DNA of 64,000 nt, from assembly GCA_965223325.1 (NCBI GenBank), contig CBDCWI010000002.1:704001-768000 (forward strand), written 5' to 3'. Below, piece after piece: positions 46,911 through 57,788 of the stretch. The notes below the pieces were generated by a model. That model saw only the letters and a program-made list of their open reading frames with translations. It was not told the origin of the DNA and did no database searches. Within the stretch, counting starts at the first letter, position 1. Every line of letters begins with the position of its first letter. The position numbers and the translations under genes were made by a program. This DNA comes from Candidatus Multivoradales bacterium (GTDB lineage Bacteria > Acidobacteriota > Thermoanaerobaculia > Multivoradales > Multivoraceae).

Positions 46911-47018
46911 CGGCTCGAAGGGGCGACCTTCGGCAGCCAGCGGCGTCGCCAGAAGCGTGGCCGCTACGGCAGTCGCCGCCAGGGCGATCGTCAGTGTAGT
47001 TCTCATGGACGCATTCAT
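46911..47018 (-). pseudogene. 5' relic (signal peptide + RPFEP) of an exported protein, probably the S9 peptidase
   Basis: MNASMRTTLTIALAATAVAATLLATPLAAEGRPFEP. ATGA-coupled to the upstream gene and runs into IS30 DNA (stop at 46878). Confidence 0.55.
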
Positions 47019-48883
47019 TGCCCTTCTCCTTCGAGCAGCCAGCCTTCGGTCAGCGCAGCATGGTGAATCACTTTTCGCGCTCCCTCGTGCTGGCTGTAGG
47101 TGAGATGAATCGTGCCATCGGGCCCCTGATATGACGACGGATAGTGGAAGCGAGCACTCTCGGGTGGCGCCTCGGCAATCGTTCTCCTGGCGCTCCAGGT
47201 GCGGCCCTCGTCTTCAGACAGCGAGGCCGCGAGAAGATGCCGACCATCGGCGAGAGCGTTGTGAAACAGGATCCAGCGACCGCTCTCGAGCTCGAGCAAG
47301 TCGACTCCCGCGCCTGATTCCGGCAGGCCCGGTACGTCATGGGCGATCGTCCAGGTACCGCCGCGGTCGCTCGACTCGGCGGTCAGAACGAGCTTTGGCG
47401 GCGGCCCGTTGTCACGCATGTAGGCAACGACGGTGCCGTCGTCGCGCTGTCCGAACGAGGGCTGCACGGCGCCGCCGCCGATGATCGGCTCGGACATCGT
47501 CCAGGTCAAGCCGCCGTCGTCGCTGGCGCTTGCCGCAGCGAACGAGAAGCCATCGGAGTAGAGCCCCACCAGGAGGCGCCCGTTGTCGAGCTCCACCGGA
47601 TGGGCGCGGGTGAACCAGCCCAGTCGACGGGTCAGTTTGTCGCTGGCCTGGCTGAGGTTGCGAGCGAGCCACGAAGCAGCCGGCTCGGGCGGGTTCTCTG
47701 GGTCGAGGCCGAGGCTTTCGAAGTACTGAAACGTCTTGGCTTCGACCACCGCGGCAAAGTCTTCTCCGGGTTTACCGGGAAGAACACCGGCACGCGACCA
47801 CACCGGCGGCCCCTCGCCAATGGACCAGCCGGAGTCGGCAACGCGGTACTGCAAGAGAGCGCTTTCCCACAGGTTGGCCAGAATCACCGGCCAGAACAAG
47901 AACAGCCGGCCGTCGCCATCGACCATCAGAGTGCAGTTGGTGTCGGGGAAGTCGGGCGTGTCGGCGAGAACGAACGGCTCGCTCCAACCGCTTCTGGCAG
48001 ACCGCTCGGCTCCGAGTCGCGAGGCCAGGATGCGCGTGTCGTCGGCGCGCCGCTCGCCCGAGCCACTGAACCAACTGACCATCAGCGCTCCGTCAGGCGC
48101 CGAGACCACCGACGAACCGTGATTGTGCACGCCAGCCAGCTCGCTCGCAGGCGAGAACACGTCGCGATCGGTGCGCCAGGCAACGTGGCGGCGCAGGATC
48201 TCACCCCACAGGAAGTACCCCGCGTCGCTCAGGTGCAAGCCATCCTGGACAAACAACCCGGCGCGCGGTTTTCCATCGCTCCCCAGCATGGGCGTATCGA
48301 TGTCGACGTAGACCAGCCGAGACTCGCCCTCTGCACGCGCGCTCACACCCTGGTTCACGGCGCGCATCGGCTCGATGAGCTCCCAGCGGGCCAGGCTCGG
48401 CTTGATCGCCACGAAGAAGAGACGGGTGCCTGGAAAGTCAGTCCACAGGCGGGCGGTGAAAGCGTCGAAGTCTGCCAACACCCGTTGCGGAGTCTTCCCC
48501 GCCGCGATGTCGTTGTCTCCGGCGTAGAACACCACCTCACGCGGCGCGTGTGGCACGACCAGCGTGTCGAACCATTCGACCGAATCGGCGATCTCTGAAC
48601 CGCCGAACCCCCTGTTGGTCGCCGGCCAGTCAGGGAAGAAACGCGGCAGGTCCCAGAATCGAATACTCGAGGAACCGAGGAAGAGGACTCCTCCCGGTAC
48701 GGGCGGCTCGGCTCGGTCCTGGGCCTTGAACGCGTCCATCGCCTTCTGCCAGCGCGACGCCGGAGAGGTCACCTGGGTCGGAGATGCGGAGGCGCGGCTG
48801 GACGAAATCGCTGTGGCCGCACCGGCTACTGCAACGAGCGCCACCACCAGTCCCACCGCCTGTCCCTTCGTGCGTCTTGCCAT
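47015..48883 (-). CDS. Exported SGNH/GDSL esterase fused to a BNR-repeat sialidase-like domain
   Basis: FLGSSSIRFW, NRGFGGS, YAGDND and DGLH, then Asp-boxes SDDGGLTW, SSDRGGTW, SEDEGRTW and FHYPS. Confidence 0.85.
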   Translation of the reverse strand: MARRTKGQAVGLVVALVAVAGAATAISSSRASASPTQVTSPASRWQKAMDAFKAQDRAEPPVPGGVLFLGSSSIRFWDLPRFFPDWPATNRGFGGSEIADSVEWFDTLVVPHAPREVVFYAGDNDIAAGKTPQRVLADFDAFTARLWTDFPGTRLFFVAIKPSLARWELIEPMRAVNQGVSARAEGESRLVYVDIDTPMLGSDGKPRAGLFVQDGLHLSDAGYFLWGEILRRHVAWRTDRDVFSPASELAGVHNHGSSVVSAPDGALMVSWFSGSGERRADDTRILASRLGAERSARSGWSEPFVLADTPDFPDTNCTLMVDGDGRLFLFWPVILANLWESALLQYRVADSGWSIGEGPPVWSRAGVLPGKPGEDFAAVVEAKTFQYFESLGLDPENPPEPAASWLARNLSQASDKLTRRLGWFTRAHPVELDNGRLLVGLYSDGFSFAAASASDDGGLTWTMSEPIIGGGAVQPSFGQRDDGTVVAYMRDNGPPPKLVLTAESSDRGGTWTIAHDVPGLPESGAGVDLLELESGRWILFHNALADGRHLLAASLSEDEGRTWSARRTIAEAPPESARFHYPSSYQGPDGTIHLTYSQHEGARKVIHHAALTEGWLLEGEGQ

Positions 48884-49188
48884 CTCCAGTCACCTCGCCA
48901 TTGAAGGCGCCCTTGAAGACGCCATTGGAATCGTGGCCGCGATCCTCTCACGCCCTCATTCTGGGAACGAGGCGCCAAGGGACCGAGGCGATGCCCAGCC
49001 GGCCCGTGAGGGCGCGCACCGGTCGAAGACGCCGGAACTCCAGCCGGGGAGGCTCAGGCCCATCGCGCTCCCCAGCCAGACCGCGGTGACGTAGACTCCC
49101 CGGGCACACTTTCGATACATCCACGATGATCGGTAGCAGAGGCGCTGGAGATCTGCGCCCCGCTGCTTCACCGATGCGGAGAAACATC

Positions 49189-49623
49189 ATGCGCACACAG
49201 AGAGCTGTCATCCTTTCGCTAGCCATCCTCGGTCTACTCTTCAACGTCGCCTGCGCGTCGACTGGCGGTGGTGGTGCTGCGGCCATACCGCCAGAGCAGC
49301 AGATTGAAAGCCTGCTCGACAGCATCACCACGGCCCTGTCCGGTGCCGACATCGAAACCATGATGTCGTACTACTCGGACGACTTCATGTCTGACCAGGG
49401 TCAGGACAAGGCAGCGACCACCACCTTCCTGTCGACGGTCGCCGAACAGGGCTTCCTCGAAGGTGTCGAGATCGACAACACGTCGCGCACCATCGCCGTT
49501 GACGGCGATACGGCAACCGTCGAAGGCGTTGGCCTTTCGGGTGCCTTCGGCGTTCTCACCCTGGGCTTCAAGCTCGAGAACCGCGACGGCAACTGGGTGG
49601 TCACCTACCAGTCCCAGCAGTAG
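49189..49623 (+). CDS. NTF2/SnoaL-like lipoprotein
   Basis: Lipobox-like NVAC, DIETMMSYYSDDF, C-terminal DGNWVV. GGAGA RBS. Confidence 0.7.
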   Translation: MRTQRAVILSLAILGLLFNVACASTGGGGAAAIPPEQQIESLLDSITTALSGADIETMMSYYSDDFMSDQGQDKAATTTFLSTVAEQGFLEGVEIDNTSRTIAVDGDTATVEGVGLSGAFGVLTLGFKLENRDGNWVVTYQSQQ

Positions 49624-49644
49624 ACCGAGAGACAGCGGTCGAAG

Positions 49645-49683
49645 GAAGGGCGGCAGGGGTCACTCTGTCGCCCCCTTCTTTTT
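49645..49683 (+). terminator. Rho-independent terminator
   Basis: GAAGGGCGGCAGGG-gtca-CTCTGTCGCCCCCTTC followed by TTTTT. Confidence 0.6.
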
Positions 49684-49745
49684 GGAGTCCTTCTTCTTGG
49701 CGCCGATTCTCCCGGCGACTCTGCGATGGCGGCCGCTCCTCCCGG

Positions 49746-51173
49746 TCACGCCAGCGTTCGCAGGTGGTTCGAGGCGCAGCGGTAGCCACCGTTTCTGATC
49801 ACGCTTTCAGACAGCGGTGGCATGAGTTCGAGGGCATAACCGAATCGCCTGAAAGCCAGAGTTGCCAGCTCATCCCCGGCCGGCAGACCGGAGGCAAAGC
49901 CCACCGCAACTCTCTTTCGGTCCAAGACCTCGAGCACTGTGTTGTTCCAACCCAGGAGGAAGCGAGCGGTGAGTCCTCTGCCGAGCGGTGGTGGTAGAAG
50001 CGCGAGAGGCAGGCGCCCCACCTCGAGACCGAGGCGGGCCAGGTGCTTGGCGATCGAGTCCAGGAAGACCTCGAGCCCGCGGCCTGCAACGCCACCGGCA
50101 GCTTCTACAGCCTCCGCCACCAGGCGCGTGCCAGAGGCGAGGTGAAACGTACGCGCGAGCTCCGCAACAGCCTCCGGCGGCTGACTGGCCAGCAAGTCAC
50201 TGCCCGCTTCCAGGCTGCCAACCAGCGCCGCGGGGAGGGCATGCGCACGCGGCAGAATCGTCACCAGCGAGTCCAGGTCATGACCGGCGCCTTGCCCGAG
50301 GGCGAGAATCTCCCGCACACGCCCCTGCGAAGAGCCCGCGCCTGGAAGACCGTGCACGAACCGAATCGGCCGCCCCAGCGCGGTACCGAGCTCAGCCGCC
50401 GCCCGAGAAACCGCCACCAGATAGCGGCGCAGTCCCGCCGCGGTCTGCAGTGCAGCCAGTGGAATACGCGGCTCGCCCAGGAGCTGCAGCACGCGGCGTT
50501 CGAGGCTGTGCAGCGAGACCCAGGCCGCGCCATCGGCGAGCAGGATCTGGCCGTTGTGAAATGGCGTCGGTGCCGTCGACCACAGCGGGCGACCGAGCCG
50601 CTCCCACATCCGCGATGGCAGTCGGTCGATCAAGAAGGGGGCCATTCTCGAGTCGGCAGCACGACCACGCTGGCGGTTCGGCCGCACCAGAAAGTGCGGC
50701 CGACCGTCCATCGTGAACAGAAAGGTCATCGCGTCGCGCGGCCAGGGCGAGAAACCCTCGGCGGTACTGTCGAGCGGAACCAACTCCAACTCCCCGGCAA
50801 GCGCCTGAAGCTGCGCAAGCAGAGCGCCGTTGGTGAGAACGATCAGCGAGCGCTCGCCAATCGAGGCCTCGCGGACTCGCCGCAACAGATCTTCGGCCCG
50901 CCGGGCGCTGACGAAGCCGTGCGGAAACGAGAACACCGACGCGACGATCGGTTCTGTGTCGGCACTCAAAACCCGTCCGGGTGGCGGCCATACCGCTGGC
51001 TCGTCACTGCGCGAGGGGCGAGACGCCATTTGGGTCATTCGGATGATCTCCGCGGCACCTCCCGCGTTGGCCAGCGTCAGGCAGCCGACCGCTGCGGAAC
51101 CCAGGAACCTTCGGCGACTCGCCGAGGCTGATCCCGCTGGCGAGCATGCTGCCCTCGCTCGGCTCCCGGACAC
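49746..51173 (-). CDS. Amidinotransferase/deiminase (pentein) fold protein with Tat-like signal
   Basis: SRRRFLG signal, PWPRD, HDLDS, WNN, C-terminal GGYRCAS. GTG start is inferred. Confidence 0.55.
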   Translation of the reverse strand: MSGSRARAACSPAGSASASRRRFLGSAAVGCLTLANAGGAAEIIRMTQMASRPSRSDEPAVWPPPGRVLSADTEPIVASVFSFPHGFVSARRAEDLLRRVREASIGERSLIVLTNGALLAQLQALAGELELVPLDSTAEGFSPWPRDAMTFLFTMDGRPHFLVRPNRQRGRAADSRMAPFLIDRLPSRMWERLGRPLWSTAPTPFHNGQILLADGAAWVSLHSLERRVLQLLGEPRIPLAALQTAAGLRRYLVAVSRAAAELGTALGRPIRFVHGLPGAGSSQGRVREILALGQGAGHDLDSLVTILPRAHALPAALVGSLEAGSDLLASQPPEAVAELARTFHLASGTRLVAEAVEAAGGVAGRGLEVFLDSIAKHLARLGLEVGRLPLALLPPPLGRGLTARFLLGWNNTVLEVLDRKRVAVGFASGLPAGDELATLAFRRFGYALELMPPLSESVIRNGGYRCASNHLRTLA

Positions 51174-51340
51174 TCCTGGGTTTCCTATCTGACGCCGGAC
51201 GACCGCAACGACTCCAGGAAACAGTAGGAGGAGCAAGGAATGCAGCGCAAGGCAAGCGGTGCGAGGGCCGAACCCCTGCCTCGAACACGCAAGAGATAGG
51301 GATCGGATTCGATCCCGGGAAGAGAACCGCTGGCCTGCGC

Positions 51341-52456
51341 TCAGTCCCGAGGTTCTGAGTCGCAGTCCTCGCGGGCAACCAGCGCGGTGCCTGAGGAGTG
51401 CGGACCCCTGAGGATCTCGAACATGTCGATCTTGGTATCGCCGTCGTAGTCGAGCGTGACTGCGCCCATCGAGCCCCATGACGTGCGCGGAAACAGGGGT
51501 TCGGTCTTGTCAACGAATGTCTTGCCGGCCTGGTTCTCGTAGTAGTGGTCGTCGCCTTGCATGTTGAGGAGGAACACGTCGGGATACCGGTCGCGGTTCC
51601 AGTCGACGATGAGCGCATCGCCCGACCAGCTGCCGTCGACGAAGCTGACCTGTTCGGAGACCTCTTCGAACCGCCAACCGCCGAGGTTCTTGTAGAGCCG
51701 CGACCGCTCCGTGCGTTCGGGGTAGCGATGACCGGAGAAGGCGTCTTCGCGCCCGATGTGGTAGCCGCCCGCACCGCGGTTCTCGGTCGTATAGGAGCCT
51801 ACGACCACCGACAGAATGTCCAGCTGGCCGTCGAGATCGAAGTCGAAGAGAACCGGCGCCGATGCGTGCCCAACGTAGTCGACTCCGGCCTCGGCTGCGC
51901 GTTCGCGGAACCTCCCTTCCCCGAGGTTTTCGAACAGCGCCGTCCCCTGGCGCACCGTCGTCACCTAGAGGTCAGGGTCTCCGTCGTTGTCGACGTCGCC
52001 AAAGGTCGCACTCACACTGATCCGCCCGGACATGTCCACACCGGCGCGAACCGTCCAGTTCTCGAAGCGTCCGTTTCCGCGGTTGTGCCACAACTCGTTC
52101 GACCCGATCTGGTTCACGAAGTAGAGATCGGGCAGCCCGTCACCATCGACATCGCCCGCCGCCAGGCCGTTGCCGTGGTCCCAGTGGCTCATCTTCCAGT
52201 ACAGCCCGCCGTCGTCGACGATGCGATGCACAAAGGAAATGCCACTCTCGTCGATTCGATCGGTAAAGGAAAACCCCGGGGCGATTGGGTTCTCCCGACG
52301 CGCGTCTTTCGCCCTCGCGGCAAGCGAGTCAGAAACTTTGTCGCCCTCGGGCACCCTCCATGTCTGCCAGTCCTGCTGCGCAGAAGCGGCATCGGCCGGC
52401 GCCAGAAAAAACGCCCCGGTCACCAACGCTGTCAGCAAAAGATCTCGCGCCCTCAC
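51341..52456 (-). pseudogene. CRTAC1/FG-GAP repeat protein with an in-frame amber stop (51965-51967) and truncated C-terminus
   Basis: GDVDGDGLPDLYF, GDVDNDGDPDL*VTT, FDFDLDGQLDI, DWNRDRYPDVF. Both ORFs are in one frame. No ASPIC/UnbV domain follows. Confidence 0.8.
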
Positions 52457-53196
52457 GGCCACTGCGCGCTGTTCTTGAGCATGTGCGCAGCGCCATGCGC
52501 GGCGTTGATCACAGCGTTCTCACCGAACAACCGCTCTTTCTGGCCGCCAAAAAGCTCCCGGTTGGCAGCCAGTGGGGCCAACTCGGTCGCTTTCTGCATC
52601 GTCGTGCTCTCGAGCTCCTCGAGGGCAGCGGTCTGCTGCACGAGCCCCGCAGCGAGGGCATCGGCCCCCGTCCAGCGACGCGCCATCTGCACCGTTTCAT
52701 AGAACACATCTGCTCGTAGCTTGTGGCGAAACAGGGCAAGCTCGGGGCTGGGTATGGTCAGCCCGAGTTGCATCTCGTTGGCGCATAGGAAGCCACGGTC
52801 GGCACGCATGATGCGCGTGTCGCAGCACAACGCCGCCATGAGACCGGCTCCGAAGGCGTGGCCGTTGATGGCGCAAACCGTCGGCACGGGGAACGTGATG
52901 ATGCGCCCCATGAGAGCCATGAACTCCGTTCCGAAGGTGTTTCGATCGCCGCCCTCGGGATGGTCATCCGGGGCCATCACCCAATCGAGGTCGAGCCCAT
53001 TCGAAAAGAACTTCGGATCATGCGAAGAAACAACCAGTGCCGCCGCACCCTCGGACGCCTCGACCGCGTCGAGAGCGGAGCTCCAGCGCCGCACGAACGT
53101 TGTATTCCAGCGATTCTGCCCGGCGACCATCGTCAGCTTGTAGACGGGGTCATGGTGTTCGAGATCGATCAATCTCGTCTCCTCGGCGCCAGGCAC
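52453..53196 (-). CDS. Enoyl-CoA hydratase/isomerase family (delta-isomerase-like)
   Basis: FFSNGLDL, AINGHAFGAG, FLCANE. Confidence 0.88.
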   Translation of the reverse strand: MPGAEETRLIDLEHHDPVYKLTMVAGQNRWNTTFVRRWSSALDAVEASEGAAALVVSSHDPKFFSNGLDLDWVMAPDDHPEGGDRNTFGTEFMALMGRIITFPVPTVCAINGHAFGAGLMAALCCDTRIMRADRGFLCANEMQLGLTIPSPELALFRHKLRADVFYETVQMARRWTGADALAAGLVQQTAALEELESTTMQKATELAPLAANRELFGGQKERLFGENAVINAAHGAAHMLKNSAQWP

Positions 53197-54471
53197 TTAC
53201 GGCTGCTTGATGCTGTAGAGGTTCTCGCGGCCACGCAGCAGAATGCGATCGCCAACCACAACCGGCGAAGCATCGAAGCGATCCTCGAGACGATTGCTTG
53301 CCAGGACTTTGAACTCGTCGGCGGCCTCGAGAACGACGGTTCCTCCCTGGCGACCGGCCATGTAGACCCGACCTGCGGCACCGACCGGTGAAGCGTAGAC
53401 ACCCTTGAGACCTTCAATACGCTGTGGACCGACCAGGTGCTTGCCGGTTGCGGCATCGAGGACGGTCAAGAGAGCGTTGTTGCTCTTGAAGAAATAGAGC
53501 CTGCCCTGGTAGAGCAAGGGCGACGGGACGTACGGCGTGTCGCGATCGAGCGTCCACAGAATGTGCTCGGAATCGGTGATGTCGCCTTTGGCGCCGGCAA
53601 GGCGAATGGCCATCAGGGCGTTGCCGCGGAAACCGCTCATCAAATAGACCGTGCCGTCCTGGGAAACCGGCGTGGGGATGGCGTTCAGGGTCATGCCACT
53701 GGCTTCCCAGATCTCCTCGCCGGCGGCCAGATCGTAGGACTTGATGCGCCTGGTTGCGCTCACGATGACCTGCGGGCGACCCTCGACTTCGACGATGTAG
53801 GGCGTCGACCAGGAAGTCAGCTCGTCGCGCGAACGCTCCCAGGCAATCTCGCCGGTTGCCGTATCGAGCGCCACGATCTTCGAGTCACCCTCGTGATCCC
53901 AGTTGATGACGATGCGGTCGCCGAAGAGCGCCGGCGAGCTGCCCTCGCCGAATGCCATCCGGGTCCGCATGTCGCCGAGGTCGATCTCCCACTGTTTCTC
54001 GCCGTCCATGTCATAGGCGAACAAGCCATACGAACCAAAGTAGGCGTAGATGCGTTCGCCATCGGTGAGTGACGAGGCCGAGGCCCAGGTTCCATCCGGA
54101 TGGGTGCCCTCGATCGGCGTCCCTTCGTAAACCACCTTGCGCCAGAGCTCCTCGCCCGACTCGAGATCGAAAGCCAGGAGCGCCCACTGGTGTTCGTCTT
54201 CCTTGTCGCCACCGCGACCGTCTTCGGAAGCGGTGTTGATCGCCGTGCTGAGGTAGATGCGACCCTGCCAAACGATGGGGGTTGAGCTTCCGAGGCCCTC
54301 GAGGGGGACCTTCCACTCGACGTTCTCCGACTCCGACCAGGTCACCGGCGGATCGCCCTCTGGGGCTTCGCCGGTCCCCAGCGGACCGCGCCATTGCGGC
54401 CAGTCGGATGACCAGGCGGGCACGATGGCGAGAACCACGATTGACAGTACAGAAAGGACCGGTTTGTGCAT
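53197..54471 (-). CDS. PQQ-binding-like beta-propeller repeat protein (BamB-like)
   Basis: DWPQWRGP, SSTPIVW, GEGSSP, SWSTP, YVPSP, YASPV. Confidence 0.88.
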   Translation of the reverse strand: MHKPVLSVLSIVVLAIVPAWSSDWPQWRGPLGTGEAPEGDPPVTWSESENVEWKVPLEGLGSSTPIVWQGRIYLSTAINTASEDGRGGDKEDEHQWALLAFDLESGEELWRKVVYEGTPIEGTHPDGTWASASSLTDGERIYAYFGSYGLFAYDMDGEKQWEIDLGDMRTRMAFGEGSSPALFGDRIVINWDHEGDSKIVALDTATGEIAWERSRDELTSWSTPYIVEVEGRPQVIVSATRRIKSYDLAAGEEIWEASGMTLNAIPTPVSQDGTVYLMSGFRGNALMAIRLAGAKGDITDSEHILWTLDRDTPYVPSPLLYQGRLYFFKSNNALLTVLDAATGKHLVGPQRIEGLKGVYASPVGAAGRVYMAGRQGGTVVLEAADEFKVLASNRLEDRFDASPVVVGDRILLRGRENLYSIKQP

Positions 54472-54667
54472 TGCTGGCTTCTCCGAAGGGTCAGGGAAGA
54501 GTTGGCCGGTGGTTCGCCGGCGAGTACTCGGGGAAGTCTAGCGGGCGCCGCGATGCGGCGAGGCCGCACGCCTCTTGCTTCTTGCCTCTTGGCTCTCGCC
54601 TCGCGCGTATAGGCTCTACCCTCCAAGCCCCTTCTTTCGGTCGACTCCTCTGTGAGGGCCTCACATC

Positions 54668-56112
<1,445 letters not shown>

Positions 56113-56113
<1 letters not shown>

Positions 56114-57318
56114 TGAGACGCCGATGCCACTGTCAACGTTCATCGTTTCTGGCAGCTCTTTACGGCGGCGCTCTGGCCGCTCTGCTCGCTGGCTGCAGCC
56201 CGGAAGCCGAGCCACCCTCCTCGGCTCTCGATCCCATCGAGGAAGCGCCTCCGGTCTCGATGATCGAGCCATTGGAGCTCGAGATCGGGCCACGTTTGCA
56301 GGCTGTTCAGCTTCTCCCGGGACCGCCGGGCGAACCGGTTGCCCTGTGGGCGAGCGGAATCGACAACCTCTGGCTGCGCCGCGTCGAAGACCAGGTTCGA
56401 GTGCGTGATAAGAAGGTCGCCGATACGTTCTTCGGCAGCGAGCCGGCGCTCCAGTTTCGTGACCTCCATGCCATCGACCCGGAGCGTGCCTGGCTTCTAG
56501 CCTCGGGTGAGGGTGCACTTTCGGCGATCTACTTCACCGCCGACGGTGGAGCGAGCTGGGACTTGCAGTTCCAGAACCAGGAACCTGCAGCCTTCTACGA
56601 CTGCTTCGCCTTCTGGAACGAGCGCACCGGCTTCGTCTTCAGCGATTCCATTCCTGACCCTGTCGACGACCAGAGCGCGCGGATGCTGCTGCGTCGGACC
56701 GTCGACGGGGAGGAGTGGTCAGAGGTACCGGGTGCCTCGCTTCCCGCAGCCCAGCCCGGCGAAGGGGGCTTTGCGGCCTCGGGAGACTGCGCCGCCATCA
56801 TCGGTGACCCCAGTGAAGGCCGCGGGATCGTCGCCATGGGAAACGCACCGCGAGTGCGGGTCCTTCTGACCAGCGACTTCGGGGGCTCGTGGCGAGCTGT
56901 CGAAACAGGGCTCGAGGGTGGCTCGGCGATCGGCCTGACCGCGGTAGCGTTTCGACCCCCGACACCCGGCAAGAGGAGCGACTTCGGCGTCGCGGTCGGT
57001 GGAGTGATCGGCAATCCGGACTCCGAACCCTTCGTGGTGCTCACCAACGACGGTGGCGAGAGCTGGACCCCCGCCTCATCTCTCCCTCCCATCGCGGGCG
57101 CGCTCTACGGCGTTGCCATGGCCACGGCTGACGACGCGACGGGTGACCCACTGATCGTCGTCACCGGCCCCGGTGGCGCCGCGCTCTCAGGCAACCGGGC
57201 CAGGACCTGGGAGCTGATCTCCGCGCAGGACTTCTGGAGCGTCGACCTGTTACCCGACGGACGCGGTGCCCTGGTGGGTCCGGACCAGCGAATCAGCCTG
57301 GTCGCGCTCAGGCGCTAA
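56113..57318 (+). CDS. YCF48/BNR-repeat lipoprotein
   Basis: LAGC lipobox, TADGGASW, FYDC, GEGGFAASG, TSDFGGSW, TNDGGESW. TGATG overlap. Confidence 0.8.
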
Positions 57319-57407
57319 GGCCTATCGGGCGAACCCCGAAGAACAAAGTTCACGCTACGTGATCACCATCGGGATGGGGCAACGGCGCGGTCCTGATCGC
57401 TGCCGGA

Positions 57408-57788
57408 GTGTTCTTCTACCGCGCGCTTTCGGGGCATGAGGTCAAGGTGCCGCTCGAGAGGCCGCTCTACGCAAGGTGTGCCGTCTTTCTCAACTTGATG
57501 AACACGCGCCTGTACTGGGGGTTGATCTCAAGCGCAGCCGCCAGGAGACAGTACGAACAGGCCTGCCTCGCCAAGGGCACACATGCCGATCTCTATCGCC
57601 TGGCCCACGACCACTTTGGCGTCAGCCTGGCCACCATGGGCTTCGCTTTCATTTTGCTCTCAGCCTTGCCGCTCACCTGTGCCTGGCTCTACCAGGTCAA
57701 TCGTTCAGCGCTCCATGCGGCGGTGCGCAAGTACCTCCTGCAGCTCTCTGGCTGCTTTCCGCGACTTCCCCAGCCGACGCTTCTCTAG
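57408..57788 (+). pseudogene. Possible 5'-truncated membrane protein fragment
   Basis: Hydrophobic ORF without a clear RBS, filling a 470-bp gap. Upstream bases look like a shifted continuation. Weak call. Confidence 0.3.

Noticed and set aside
51965-51967. Pyrrolysine or programmed amber readthrough
   Set aside because: TAG is used as a normal stop throughout the window, no pyl genes are present, the site is a one-base change from Tyr, and the gene is also truncated.
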